DNA of 64,000 nucleotides from Acidobacteriota bacterium (lineage in GTDB: Bacteria; Acidobacteriota; UBA890; WLXD01), in contig CAXWPH010000006.1 of the NCBI GenBank assembly GCA_963666055.2, forward strand, positions 96,001 to 160,000. Direction: 5' to 3'. Under the pieces are notes generated by a model. The model saw nothing but the letters and a program-made list of their open reading frames with translations, was not told the origin of the DNA and did no database searches. Positions 51,164-59,821 of this stretch are shown here, piece after piece. Position 1 is the first letter of the stretch; each line of letters starts with the position of its first letter. The translations under genes were made by a program, and so were the position numbers.

Positions 51164-51366
51164 CGGACGGGATGCAACTGATTCCCGGCTCAGGGGGCTG
51201 ACGCCGGGACTCCTTCCGACCCCCAAAGTTCTACTGGTCCCCCATCACGGGTCGGAAACACATCGGAGGAATTTGGGGGATCTTCGCAACGTAGGCCCAC
51301 CGCCCACAAACCCGGGTGGAAAGTGCGCGACTTCGTGCACCAGCGCTACGCGCGAACAACGGAGTT

Positions 51367-51423
51367 AGTGACGATGTCGAGCAAAGTGACGATGTCGAGC
51401 AAAGTGACGATGTCGAACAAAGT
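51367..51423 (+). repeat. 18-bp tandem repeat x3 over the SLT translation start
   Basis: Unit agtgacgatgtcga(g/a)caa, encoding VTMS(S/N)K. Confidence 0.9.
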
Positions 51424-52051
51424 ACGGTGGGTCGCAGCTGCCTCCTTGGCGGTGAACCTGCTTCTGTTGCAGGCCTTCAGCCAGCAGAGCAGCGAGCTCA
51501 CCGATCTGCGCGATGAATCGGCAAGCTATGGCGGAACAATCGCTCGCCTCGAGGCCGAGAACGAGGCGGCATCCGTAGAGTTGGCGGTACTAAAGGTCCT
51601 CGAGCGCCACCGTCTGCGGGTGTCCCCGGCGAAGCGACACGACGTGGCCAGCACGATCATCGAGGTCGCTCAGCGATACAAGCTGGCTCCTGAGCTGATT
51701 CTGGCGGTGATCTTCACCGAGAGCAGCTTCGACCCGGATGCCGAATCAGAGGTAGGCGCGGTCGGCCTGATGCAGTTGATGCCAGCCACGGCTACGCAGC
51801 TGGCTTTGGAGCTAGAGCTCGAATGGAAGGGCCGGCGACTGCTGACTGACCCGCAGATGAACATCCTGCTCGGTAGCTTCTACCTGCAGAAGCTCATCCA
51901 CCGATTCGACGATCTGAACGCCGGCCTTGCCGCCTACAATGTCGGCCCCAACCGACTGCATTATCTGATTACGGAGCAGGGTCACGTGCCTCGCACATAC
52001 GCTCGCAAGGTGCAACGGGTCACCGCCGAGCTTCGCGCGGAGTTTTTCTGA
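51374..52051 (+). CDS. Membrane-anchored lytic transglycosylase (SLT domain)
   Basis: TM helix, coiled coil, AVIFTESSF (catalytic Glu), GAVGLMQLMPATA, LAAYNVGP; GGAG RBS before ATG 51374. Confidence 0.88.
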   Translation: MSSKVTMSSKVTMSNKVRWVAAASLAVNLLLLQAFSQQSSELTDLRDESASYGGTIARLEAENEAASVELAVLKVLERHRLRVSPAKRHDVASTIIEVAQRYKLAPELILAVIFTESSFDPDAESEVGAVGLMQLMPATATQLALELELEWKGRRLLTDPQMNILLGSFYLQKLIHRFDDLNAGLAAYNVGPNRLHYLITEQGHVPRTYARKVQRVTAELRAEFF

Positions 52052-52060
52052 GTCCGGGCC

Positions 52061-53815
52061 GTGGATCTCGTCGTCCTTCGCCACCTCGTGGCGGAACTCG
52101 CCCCCATCCTCCGCGGAGCGCGGATAGATCAAGTTTACGCCCTGCCGCGGCAAGACCTGGCGCTTGTCTTGAGCCTGCCCGGCTCACCCAGGTTGTGGTT
52201 CTCCTCCGAGCCCGACGAGCCCCACCTCTATCTGCGTCCCGGCGGACAGCCGGCGCCGAAACGGCCGCCGGGGTTCGCCATGGCACTACGGAAGCGCGCG
52301 CGCGGCCGCAGTATCAACGACTTACGCTTGATCAACGATGACCGAGTAGTCGAGCTGTCTTGGCGTGGGGACGGCTCTCGCCTGGTCATGGAACTCGTCG
52401 CACGACGGGCCTCAGCGTTCGTCATCGACCCTGACGATCGGATCGTCGCCGTCTGGAGCCCGCGCCGCGGCAGACCCGATCCTGGCGAGACCTACCGGCC
52501 GCCGACACCCAGGTCGCAGCGCACCCAGCTCACCGATCTCGACTACCCGCGGTTCGCGGAGCTGCCGGAGCCTGAGCTCCGACGCACGCTGTTGCATGAG
52601 GCCGATGGCATGACGCCGCTGCTCGCCCGCGAGATCAGCGCGCGCCGGGCTGGCGGCCAGAATCTGATCGAGGCCGCGCGCCTGGAATTCGATCGATCCG
52701 GCATAGGGCCCGCGGCCGGCTACCTCTACAGCGCCACCCCGCTCGAGCAACTTCGTTCGCTGCCACCACCCGACACGCTTGTGCTCGCTCCCTACGACCT
52801 CGTCTCGGCGAGTCAGAAGAAGATGTGCGTGAGGCGCTTCCCGACGCTCAGCGACGCCGCCGCCGAGTACTACACGCTGCGCGCTCGCCTGCGGCTGCTC
52901 GACAGGGCTCGTCGTGCAGTCGACCAACCGCTCCGGGCACAGTCTCGGCGCCTCGAGCGAGCTGTGGGCCGGCTCGAAGCCGAGCTACCGGACGAAGAAG
53001 CCTCCACAACCCTGCGGCGCGAGGGTGACTTGCTACTGGCCCACCCCGAAGCAGAGATCGCCGGAGGAATCGTGCGTGTGCCCGACGACTACGCGGATGG
53101 CAGTCTGATCACCATTCGGGTAGACCCCGAGCTCGACCTGATTGCTAACGCCCAGCGGCGCTATCAACGCGCCAAGCGAATCTCTCGCAAGCGCGAGTAC
53201 GACGCCAGGCGTTTGACACAGTTGCGCCGGCAGCTGGTGGCCCTCGCCGAGCTCGCCAAGCTCATACGGGCGATGCGCGAGCCACGCGCCTGCGACGATG
53301 CAATCGATCGCCTACGCCGACTGGTTCCGCGCGCCCGGATCGACCGCCCGATAGAGCCCGAGGCGGGTACCCTTGCATCACCGAGCGCCGCACCGGAGAT
53401 CGCCCGTCGCACGGCCGGAGCGCGCCCCGGCCCCGGCATCCTCAGGCTAACGACACCGGAGGGCGACGTGATCTTGGTAGGGCGAAACGCCAGCGCCAAC
53501 GACCGGCTCACACACCAGGTTGCCGCCCGCGATGACTGGTGGCTGCACGCCGAGGGACCCGGCTCACACGTGCTGCTGCGCAATCCGCAGCGATTGCGGA
53601 AACCGCCGGCAAAAGCCCTCGAGCACGCCGCGAGCGTCGCTGCATGGTTCAGCAAAGCGCGCTCCGCCGCGACCGTAGAGGTCCACTGGACGCGCGCCCG
53701 CAGCGTCCGGCGGCCCAAGGGCGGCGCACCCGGACAGGCTCTCCTCGAGGGACACCGGAGTATTCGGGTGCAGCCGCGACGTCCGAAACCAGCAGGCGGT
53801 GCGCACCGGGATTGA
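52061..53815 (+). CDS. NFACT family protein (RqcH/FbpA-like)
   Basis: FAMALRK, DRVVEL, NAQRRYQRAK, ILVGRNASANDRLT, WWLHAEGPGSHV, AAWFSKAR. Confidence 0.85.
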   Translation: MDLVVLRHLVAELAPILRGARIDQVYALPRQDLALVLSLPGSPRLWFSSEPDEPHLYLRPGGQPAPKRPPGFAMALRKRARGRSINDLRLINDDRVVELSWRGDGSRLVMELVARRASAFVIDPDDRIVAVWSPRRGRPDPGETYRPPTPRSQRTQLTDLDYPRFAELPEPELRRTLLHEADGMTPLLAREISARRAGGQNLIEAARLEFDRSGIGPAAGYLYSATPLEQLRSLPPPDTLVLAPYDLVSASQKKMCVRRFPTLSDAAAEYYTLRARLRLLDRARRAVDQPLRAQSRRLERAVGRLEAELPDEEASTTLRREGDLLLAHPEAEIAGGIVRVPDDYADGSLITIRVDPELDLIANAQRRYQRAKRISRKREYDARRLTQLRRQLVALAELAKLIRAMREPRACDDAIDRLRRLVPRARIDRPIEPEAGTLASPSAAPEIARRTAGARPGPGILRLTTPEGDVILVGRNASANDRLTHQVAARDDWWLHAEGPGSHVLLRNPQRLRKPPAKALEHAASVAAWFSKARSAATVEVHWTRARSVRRPKGGAPGQALLEGHRSIRVQPRRPKPAGGAHRD

Positions 53816-53899
53816 GCGCCGATGCCAGGTTCCCGTGCGGGAAGTCAGCCCGCCGGACGATGTCTAGCAGGCCCTGTCGCCAGGCCCGCTACCCTTCCA

Positions 53900-54901
53900 C
53901 TAGTCTCCCGGCTCCGGTACCGGAGCCACCGGCTCCGACCTCGACATCCAGGGCCGGTTCGTGCCGAAGCGGGTGGCGAACACCGCCCCGAGGCCCAGGA
54001 ACGCAGCGACCGTCCAGATCAACGAGCCGACAAAGGGGAAATAGTGCAGGACCCCCAAGGCGGCTCCTCCCGCCACCACCAGGCCCAGCTGGGCCGCGTC
54101 GGTCTTGCCCAGCACAGCCAGCAACTTCTGTCCAAGCAGCTGGAATACGGCCACCATGCCGAAGATATAAGCGAGCCACCAACCAAGCAGTGCGGCAATC
54201 AAGAACGGGATGCCGATGAGCAAGAACGACAATACGAAGAACAGGCACGTCAACAACGTCAGCGCCAAGAACCCGACGAGGCCGATCGCACCGAGGCGGA
54301 TCGGCTCGTGCTCGATCGAGCGCGATGCCGAGGAGACACGATCGCCTACCAACGCGACGGTTAGCACAGCCAACAGTATCCAGTAGATGAACTGCGTGGT
54401 GCGCGCCGCAACGTGGAACGGGGTCAGCCCCCACCACTGGCCCATCGACCATCCGCCCCAACCAGAGAGCCAGGGAACCGAGTCGAATCCGCTGATGCTC
54501 ACGTTCACTATTTCGCCATCCACTTCAGCCCCCGGAGACCGGCTCAGCGAGCCACCTACACTCACTACGTCGCCGCGGATATGGGCGTCCGGTCCGAGCC
54601 TCATGGAACCGGCAACGCTCACCACATCGCGGGCCGTGCCATTGACCGTCAGCTGGCCGCCCACAACAACCACGTCCCGCCGGGCTTCGCCGTTGATCGT
54701 CACCGCGCCGCCCATCATGACGATCTCGTCGCGGGCGACTTCGCCCTCCGCGATGTCGATACGGCCACCGACGACAAACCCGCCGTCACCGGCACGGACG
54801 GTAACGCATCCGGCCAACACGCCGCCAAGGATCACCGCTGCCCCGAGCGCCGACCATCGGCGTACGCAACCCTCAGTACGACCGTTCGCGGTGGGTTTCA
54901 T
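53900..54901 (-). CDS. Membrane protein with beta-helical (polymer-forming/bactofilin-like) N-terminal repeats
   Basis: Possible lipobox LAGC; repeated DVVxxGGxxxxxG motifs; multiple C-terminal TM helices. Confidence 0.7.
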   Translation of the reverse strand: MKPTANGRTEGCVRRWSALGAAVILGGVLAGCVTVRAGDGGFVVGGRIDIAEGEVARDEIVMMGGAVTINGEARRDVVVVGGQLTVNGTARDVVSVAGSMRLGPDAHIRGDVVSVGGSLSRSPGAEVDGEIVNVSISGFDSVPWLSGWGGWSMGQWWGLTPFHVAARTTQFIYWILLAVLTVALVGDRVSSASRSIEHEPIRLGAIGLVGFLALTLLTCLFFVLSFLLIGIPFLIAALLGWWLAYIFGMVAVFQLLGQKLLAVLGKTDAAQLGLVVAGGAALGVLHYFPFVGSLIWTVAAFLGLGAVFATRFGTNRPWMSRSEPVAPVPEPGD

Positions 54902-54920
54902 GTCGTCCCCCTGTCTCGTC

Positions 54921-55526
54921 TCAGTGCCGTCGCTGGTAGTTCAATACCAGGCGGGTAAATGCGTAGTTCAGTGAAACCGTCAACAACAGCAGCGTCCCTT
55001 GTATGAGCCAACCACTGCTTATCGCCAGGTTCGAGATCCGCCACATGATCTGCCCGGCCTCTTCGAGCAACACGCGGCCTTGGGTAACCACGGTACGGGC
55101 AGCGGAGATGCTGGACGTCGTGACATCGGCGATGCCGCCGACCCCCGCAGCCAGCACGGCCCCCGTCTGAATGCCATCGAGCGCTCCACTACCGATCAAC
55201 CAGGCGACTCCGCCCGCAAACAGGGCCAGCAGGGTCACGCTGGCCGCCACGCTCCAACGCATCGCCTCGCGCCACGGTATGCCAGAGCCCGGGCGATGAG
55301 CTGGATACTGGGCGACTCGCCCCATCACCGCGCTGACGAAATCCGCCGGCGGCGCCACTTCAGACAGGCGGTCGAGGCGACCCAGGTAGCGGCGCTCCTG
55401 CCGCTCCGCATCCGCGCAGACCTGGCAGCGCTTCAGATGCTGCTCCATCGACCGATGCGCGTCCGGAGACAGCACACCGTCGATGTACGCTGACAGCATG
55501 TCCAGGTTGGGCTCGTGCGAACTCAT
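54921..55526 (-). CDS. Zinc-binding (zf-HC2) transmembrane anti-sigma factor
   Basis: LSAYIDG...HLKRCQVC, PPADFVSAVM, TM helices; directly follows the ECF sigma gene. Confidence 0.85.
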   Translation of the reverse strand: MSSHEPNLDMLSAYIDGVLSPDAHRSMEQHLKRCQVCADAERQERRYLGRLDRLSEVAPPADFVSAVMGRVAQYPAHRPGSGIPWREAMRWSVAASVTLLALFAGGVAWLIGSGALDGIQTGAVLAAGVGGIADVTTSSISAARTVVTQGRVLLEEAGQIMWRISNLAISSGWLIQGTLLLLTVSLNYAFTRLVLNYQRRH

Positions 55527-55527
55527 C

Positions 55528-56118
55528 TCATGCCTCTGCCGAGGCCAATGGCTCGAGTAGATCGCTGAGACCGGTACGCAGCGCCTCACGGGCGCGGAAG
55601 ATCCGCGTCTTCACCGTTCCCAGCGGCAATTCTAGTGCCTCGGCAATCTCGTCATAAGACATTTCGGCGGCGTGCCGCAACACTAGCGGCTCCCGGTACT
55701 TCTCAGGCAACTGGGCGATGGCGCCCTCCAGCTGATTGCGAAACTCGTCGTCCATGAACAGCTGCTCTGGGCCGGCTCCACCAGCTGCTACCTCGCGCCC
55801 CAACGTGCCTTCTTCGGTCTCGACTGGCTCGTCGAGCGGCACCAGCGTCAGTCGGCGGCGCCGAATCTCGTCGATCGTCGCATTGCGGGCGATGCGGAAC
55901 AGCCAGGCGGTGAACGGATACTGGGGCCGATAGCTCGCGAGTGCCGAGTACGACTTGAGAAAGACGTCCTGCGACAGGTCGACAGCGTCGTCGTAGTTTC
56001 CAAGCATCCGATACACGTAGTTCACAATCGGCCCCTGATAGCGACCGACCAGCTCGGCGAAGCGATGTTGCTCGCCCGCCAGAACCGCCTCCACGATCTC
56101 TTGGTCGGTTGCGCTCAT
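55528..56118 (-). CDS. ECF sigma factor (SigW/RpoE-like)
   Basis: DLSQDVFLK, FTAWLFRIARN, MSYDEIAEAL, GTVKTRIFRAR. Confidence 0.92.
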   Translation of the reverse strand: MSATDQEIVEAVLAGEQHRFAELVGRYQGPIVNYVYRMLGNYDDAVDLSQDVFLKSYSALASYRPQYPFTAWLFRIARNATIDEIRRRRLTLVPLDEPVETEEGTLGREVAAGGAGPEQLFMDDEFRNQLEGAIAQLPEKYREPLVLRHAAEMSYDEIAEALELPLGTVKTRIFRAREALRTGLSDLLEPLASAEA

Positions 56119-56141
56119 ACGATTCCGGGTTCGTCCTAAGC

Positions 56142-56167
56142 TACGCTCAGGCGAGCGGAAAGTTTCG
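56142..56167 (-). promoter_or_regulatory. Putative autoregulatory ECF promoter
   Basis: Minus strand CGAAAC-N16-CGTA, matching the SigW-type TGAAAC-N16-CGTA pattern, 23 nt upstream of the sigma ATG. Confidence 0.65.
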
Positions 56168-56259
56168 CTTTCGCTCATACGGAAACCGCCCGCTACTACG
56201 GCCCTGGGCGCCAAGACACACACGGCGTCGGCGGCGCTGCGATGCTACCATCCGGCCCC

Positions 56260-56943
56260 ATGCAGAACACCGAGCGTGCAGTCAAAGCGGTGCGTGATCG
56301 AATCCGCGCCGCGGCGATACGAGCCCGTCGCGACTCAGCTAGCGTCGAGTTGCTCGCGGTGAGCAAGACTCGGTCCGTGTCACAGCTTCTGGAGGCCGTC
56401 AACGCAGGTCTCGCCGACCTCGGTGAGAGCCGGGTACAGGAGGCCGAGAACAAGATCCCACAGGTACAGGATGGCGTGCGTTGGCACTTGATCGGCAAGT
56501 TGCAAACCAACAAGGCGCGATTGGCAGCAGCGCTGTTCGATGTAGTCCACTCGGTCGACCGAGCCGCCCTCGTCGACCGCCTGGGTACCGCCGCGTCGAA
56601 GCTCGGGAGGCGAATCGACGTCTATGTACAGGTCGACTTCGTGCGTACAGAACAGCCGGAACAAGCGATCCAGGCAGATGCGATCGAACTGTGCCGCCGG
56701 GTCGACGCCACGCCTGGTTTACAACTCGTCGGCCTCATGACCCTTCCACCTTTCGGTCCAACACCGGAGTCGGCGCGCCCGTACTTCCGTCGCCTATCGG
56801 ACCTGCGTGATCAGATCGCTGCCGAAACCGGGCTGCGGCTGCAGGGGCTCTCCATGGGCATGACGAACGACTTCGAAGTGGCGATCGAGGAAGGCGCTAC
56901 CATTGTGCGTGTCGGCACCGCCATCTTCGGCCCTCGCATCTAG
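56260..56943 (+). CDS. yggS: PLP homeostasis protein
   Basis: LLAVSKT, GESRVQE, WHLIGKLQTNK, GLMT, LSMGM, VRVGTAIFG. Confidence 0.95.
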   Translation: MQNTERAVKAVRDRIRAAAIRARRDSASVELLAVSKTRSVSQLLEAVNAGLADLGESRVQEAENKIPQVQDGVRWHLIGKLQTNKARLAAALFDVVHSVDRAALVDRLGTAASKLGRRIDVYVQVDFVRTEQPEQAIQADAIELCRRVDATPGLQLVGLMTLPPFGPTPESARPYFRRLSDLRDQIAAETGLRLQGLSMGMTNDFEVAIEEGATIVRVGTAIFGPRI

Positions 56944-56956
56944 AACCGGGAGAGAG

Positions 56957-57250
56957 ATGTTCCTCATCCGCAATCTGGTAAGCGCATCCGCCACCATCCT
57001 CGATATGGTGCTCGGTTTTTACATGCTGCTGATCTTTGGCCGCGTCATCATTTCTTGGGTCAACGCCGACCCCTACAACCCGATCGTGCAGTTTCTCCAC
57101 CAGGCCACCGAGCCGCCACTCCGACTCATCCGGCGACGAGTAGGAATGTACGGTGGCGTCGATTTTTCGCCGATGATCCTCTTGCTCGTCGTGGTCTTCT
57201 TACGAGGCTTTCTGGTGGCCTCGCTGTTCGATCTCGCAAGTCGGCTCTGA
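56957..57250 (+). CDS. yggT: YggT family membrane protein
   Basis: ISWVNADPYNPIVQFL...TEP...DFSP. Confidence 0.92.
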   Translation: MFLIRNLVSASATILDMVLGFYMLLIFGRVIISWVNADPYNPIVQFLHQATEPPLRLIRRRVGMYGGVDFSPMILLLVVVFLRGFLVASLFDLASRL

Positions 57251-57266
57251 GCCGCGGTCGAACTGT

Positions 57267-57545
57267 CTAGCAGGCCGTGGTGAAAGTGTGGTGGGTCTGG
57301 CGACAGGGTCTTGCGAAGTGGAGGCAAGGAGAGAGGAGGAGGCGATGGTTACCGCATCGTTGACGAGGAACGACGCAGCTTACGCGCGCAACCCCCTGTC
57401 GCCCGAAGGGTTACGGCGATTTGGGGCCATTTGCGGCGTTGGCCTTCCTGGACGATGGCTAGGGCATCGCCTGTGTCAGGCCGCCTTGCATCTGGCCCCA
57501 ACTCGCCGTAACCAGACCCACCACACTTTCACCACGGCCTGCTAG
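57267..57545. mobile_element. Non-autonomous MITE-like element with perfect 34-bp terminal inverted repeats (including CTAG)
   Basis: 57267-57300 ctagcaggccgtggtgaaagtgtggtgggtctgg is the exact reverse complement of 57512-57545; no transposase inside. Confidence 0.85.
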
Positions 57546-57579
57546 TGGCCTGTAACAGATAATCGTTACAGGCCACTAG
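57542..57579. repeat. 38-bp CTAG-bounded palindromic element, copy 2
   Basis: 15-bp perfect arms ctagtggcctgtaac/gttacaggccactag with 8-nt loop; shares a CTAG with the MITE; supplies the stop of 57576-57998. Confidence 0.88.
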
Positions 57580-57998
57580 AAGGAAGGTCCATCGTGGTCG
57601 ATCTCGAACCGCCACGCGTACGTATAGTCGAACAGCAGTTCGATCGGCACGGTGTACACGACGCGGATTCGTATCGAGCCGCGGGGGCGCACGATGGCGA
57701 TGTTGCGGCGGTTGATAGGAAGCCCGAGCTCTTCGGCGCGCTCCATGATGTTCCGCAGGATCTCGTCGTCGCCCATGCGACGACGACGGGCACCAGCGTA
57801 GACGACCTGCTCGCGCACCGTATCGTCAAGCTGGAATCCCGCCGCGTGCACCGGAACGAACTTCATACCCGCATAGATGGCAGCCACGACGACGGCGAGG
57901 CCGAGCAACGCCCCCAGTCTGCCGCGGCCCGCTTCGCCGGTCCAGCGGAGGCGCGCTGAAGCTCTGCGGCTCTGGTCGCGACCTGCTCGCATATGCAC
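57576..57998 (-). CDS. Small membrane-anchored hypothetical protein downstream of lepB (DUF4845-like; start uncertain)
   Basis: GRG followed by a hydrophobic helix and KFVP; IRVVYTVPIELL; position after lepB. Confidence 0.6.
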   Translation of the reverse strand: MHMRAGRDQSRRASARLRWTGEAGRGRLGALLGLAVVVAAIYAGMKFVPVHAAGFQLDDTVREQVVYAGARRRRMGDDEILRNIMERAEELGLPINRRNIAIVRPRGSIRIRVVYTVPIELLFDYTYAWRFEIDHDGPSF

Positions 57999-58048
57999 GT
58001 CTCACTTCGCTGCCCGATGTGACAGCCGCGGCCGGTCAGAGCCGAAGG

Positions 58049-58699
58049 CTAGCGGATCATCTGGAAGGTCCGTTCCCAACGCGTCCGCGTAAAGAAGCTC
58101 GGCAACAGCTTACCGAGCTGAACAAGACGGTCGACAAACCCGGTGGCAAAATAGGTTTGCGACGGCGCGTCGAATGACCAGTACACCGCCACCGCACGCC
58201 CTTTCACCAATCGGCGTGGGACGGTCCCCCAGTAGCGCGAGTCGCGGCTATTGTCGCGATTGTCGCCCATGCAGAAATACTCGCCATCGGGAACCTGGAT
58301 CGGACCGTAGTCGCGATGGCTGCCGAAGCTTGACATATGGTGCGCAAACGGCTCGTCGACGATCTCGTCGTTCACCCGGACAACCCCGTCCTGAATTTCG
58401 ATCTTGTCGCCGCCGATTCCCACGACGCGTTTTATGAAGTCCTTGTCGGGTTCCTGGGGAGCGCGGAAGACAATGACATCACCGCGCTTGATCTCCGCTG
58501 TGGGCAGGAGGAAAGATCCCTGGCCGCCCGGACCGTACACGAACTTGTTGACCACGATGTGGTCACCGACCAGCAGGTTCGGCTCCATCGACCCCGTCGG
58601 GATCTTGAATGCTTGGAAGACGAACGTACGGATGAAAAGCGCCAGGATGGCTGCTATCAGGATTGATTCCAAATACTCGCGTAAGGTCGACTTTTGCAT
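58049..58699 (-). CDS. lepB: Signal peptidase I
   Basis: IPTGSMEP, RGDVIVF, DFIKRVVG, MGDNRDNSRDSRYWG. Confidence 0.95.
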   Translation of the reverse strand: MQKSTLREYLESILIAAILALFIRTFVFQAFKIPTGSMEPNLLVGDHIVVNKFVYGPGGQGSFLLPTAEIKRGDVIVFRAPQEPDKDFIKRVVGIGGDKIEIQDGVVRVNDEIVDEPFAHHMSSFGSHRDYGPIQVPDGEYFCMGDNRDNSRDSRYWGTVPRRLVKGRAVAVYWSFDAPSQTYFATGFVDRLVQLGKLLPSFFTRTRWERTFQMIR

Positions 58700-58747
58700 C
58701 GGCGGCTCGCGGTAATCAGCTTACGGTACAGGTCGTCTGACCCGCCT

Positions 58748-59821
58748 CTACGGAGCAACGTGATTCTGTCGAATTGTACCAGGGTCGGGCTTTGGAGCAG
58801 GGGTTGGGTCGCCCAGCAGCCAACTGGCCTGCGCCGGAAGATCGAGCGCGTCGCTGTCGCCGCGCCGCAGCCGACCGTAGCCGGCACCGGCCACCATCGC
58901 GGCGTTGTCGGTCGAAAGCTCGCGCGAGGATACGTATAGCGGCAGGTCTAGGTCGTCTGCGAGCGCCGCGAATCTCCTTCGAAGATCCCGGTTCGCCGCC
59001 ACGCCGCCCGCAAGCACGAGTCCGCTTGCGGGATGGACCCGCGCGGCGCGGCGCATGGTATCGACCAGCATGTCGACAGCTGCGCATTGGAAGCTCGCGG
59101 CAAGGTCGCGTACGCGCTGATCCTCGGGAGAGGCTGGCGGCAGGGCGTGCGCCAATGCCAGGCGGCGCGCCGCCGTCTTCAGCCCCGAAAAGGAGAATTC
59201 CAGGCCCAGCTCGGCACGCGGCAATGCGAATCGTTGCGGATCACCGTCGGCGGCAAGCCGCTCGATGATCGGCCCGCCAGGGAAACCCAGTTCGAGGAGC
59301 TTGGCGAGCTTGTCGAATGCTTCGCCAGCGGCATCATCGCGAGTACTGCCCAGCCCTTCGTATACTGGCCCTCTCTGTACTCGATAGAGCGCCGTGTGCC
59401 CGCCGGAGACAATCAGCGCCAGGAGTGGATACCGAATATCGATGCCGGCCGTCAGCGTCGGCATCAGGGCGCCATGTACGTGCGCTGCGAGGTGATGAAT
59501 ACCGACATAGGGCAATCGACAAGATCGCGCCAACCCTCGCCCGAAGCACCAGCCGGCCAGCAACGCCCCGATCAATCCCGGTCCGCGCGTCACCGCAATA
59601 GCATCGATACCGTCAAGTTCCAGATCGGCGGACCCGAGCACCGCCTCGAGCATGCCGGGAAGCGCCTCGACGTGCTTGCGCGCGGCGATCTCGGGGACCA
59701 CCCCTCCGAACGGTTGGTGCTCCGGCTGCGACGATACCCGGTTTGCGAGTACGCGATGCCCGTCCTCCACGATCGCCACCCCGGTGTCATCGCACGACGT
59801 TTCGATGCCCAGGATCACCAT
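58748..59821 (-). CDS. tsaD: tRNA N6-adenosine threonylcarbamoyltransferase
   Basis: LGIETSCDDT, GGVVPE, HHLAAH, VSGGHT, DDAAGEAFDK, FSFSGLKT, DNAAM. Confidence 0.96.
   Translation of the reverse strand: MVILGIETSCDDTGVAIVEDGHRVLANRVSSQPEHQPFGGVVPEIAARKHVEALPGMLEAVLGSADLELDGIDAIAVTRGPGLIGALLAGWCFGRGLARSCRLPYVGIHHLAAHVHGALMPTLTAGIDIRYPLLALIVSGGHTALYRVQRGPVYEGLGSTRDDAAGEAFDKLAKLLELGFPGGPIIERLAADGDPQRFALPRAELGLEFSFSGLKTAARRLALAHALPPASPEDQRVRDLAASFQCAAVDMLVDTMRRAARVHPASGLVLAGGVAANRDLRRRFAALADDLDLPLYVSSRELSTDNAAMVAGAGYGRLRRGDSDALDLPAQASWLLGDPTPAPKPDPGTIRQNHVAP

Noticed and set aside
57288-57545. Short ORFs inside the MITE as a transposase
   Set aside because: 66-85 aa with no DDE or HUH motif
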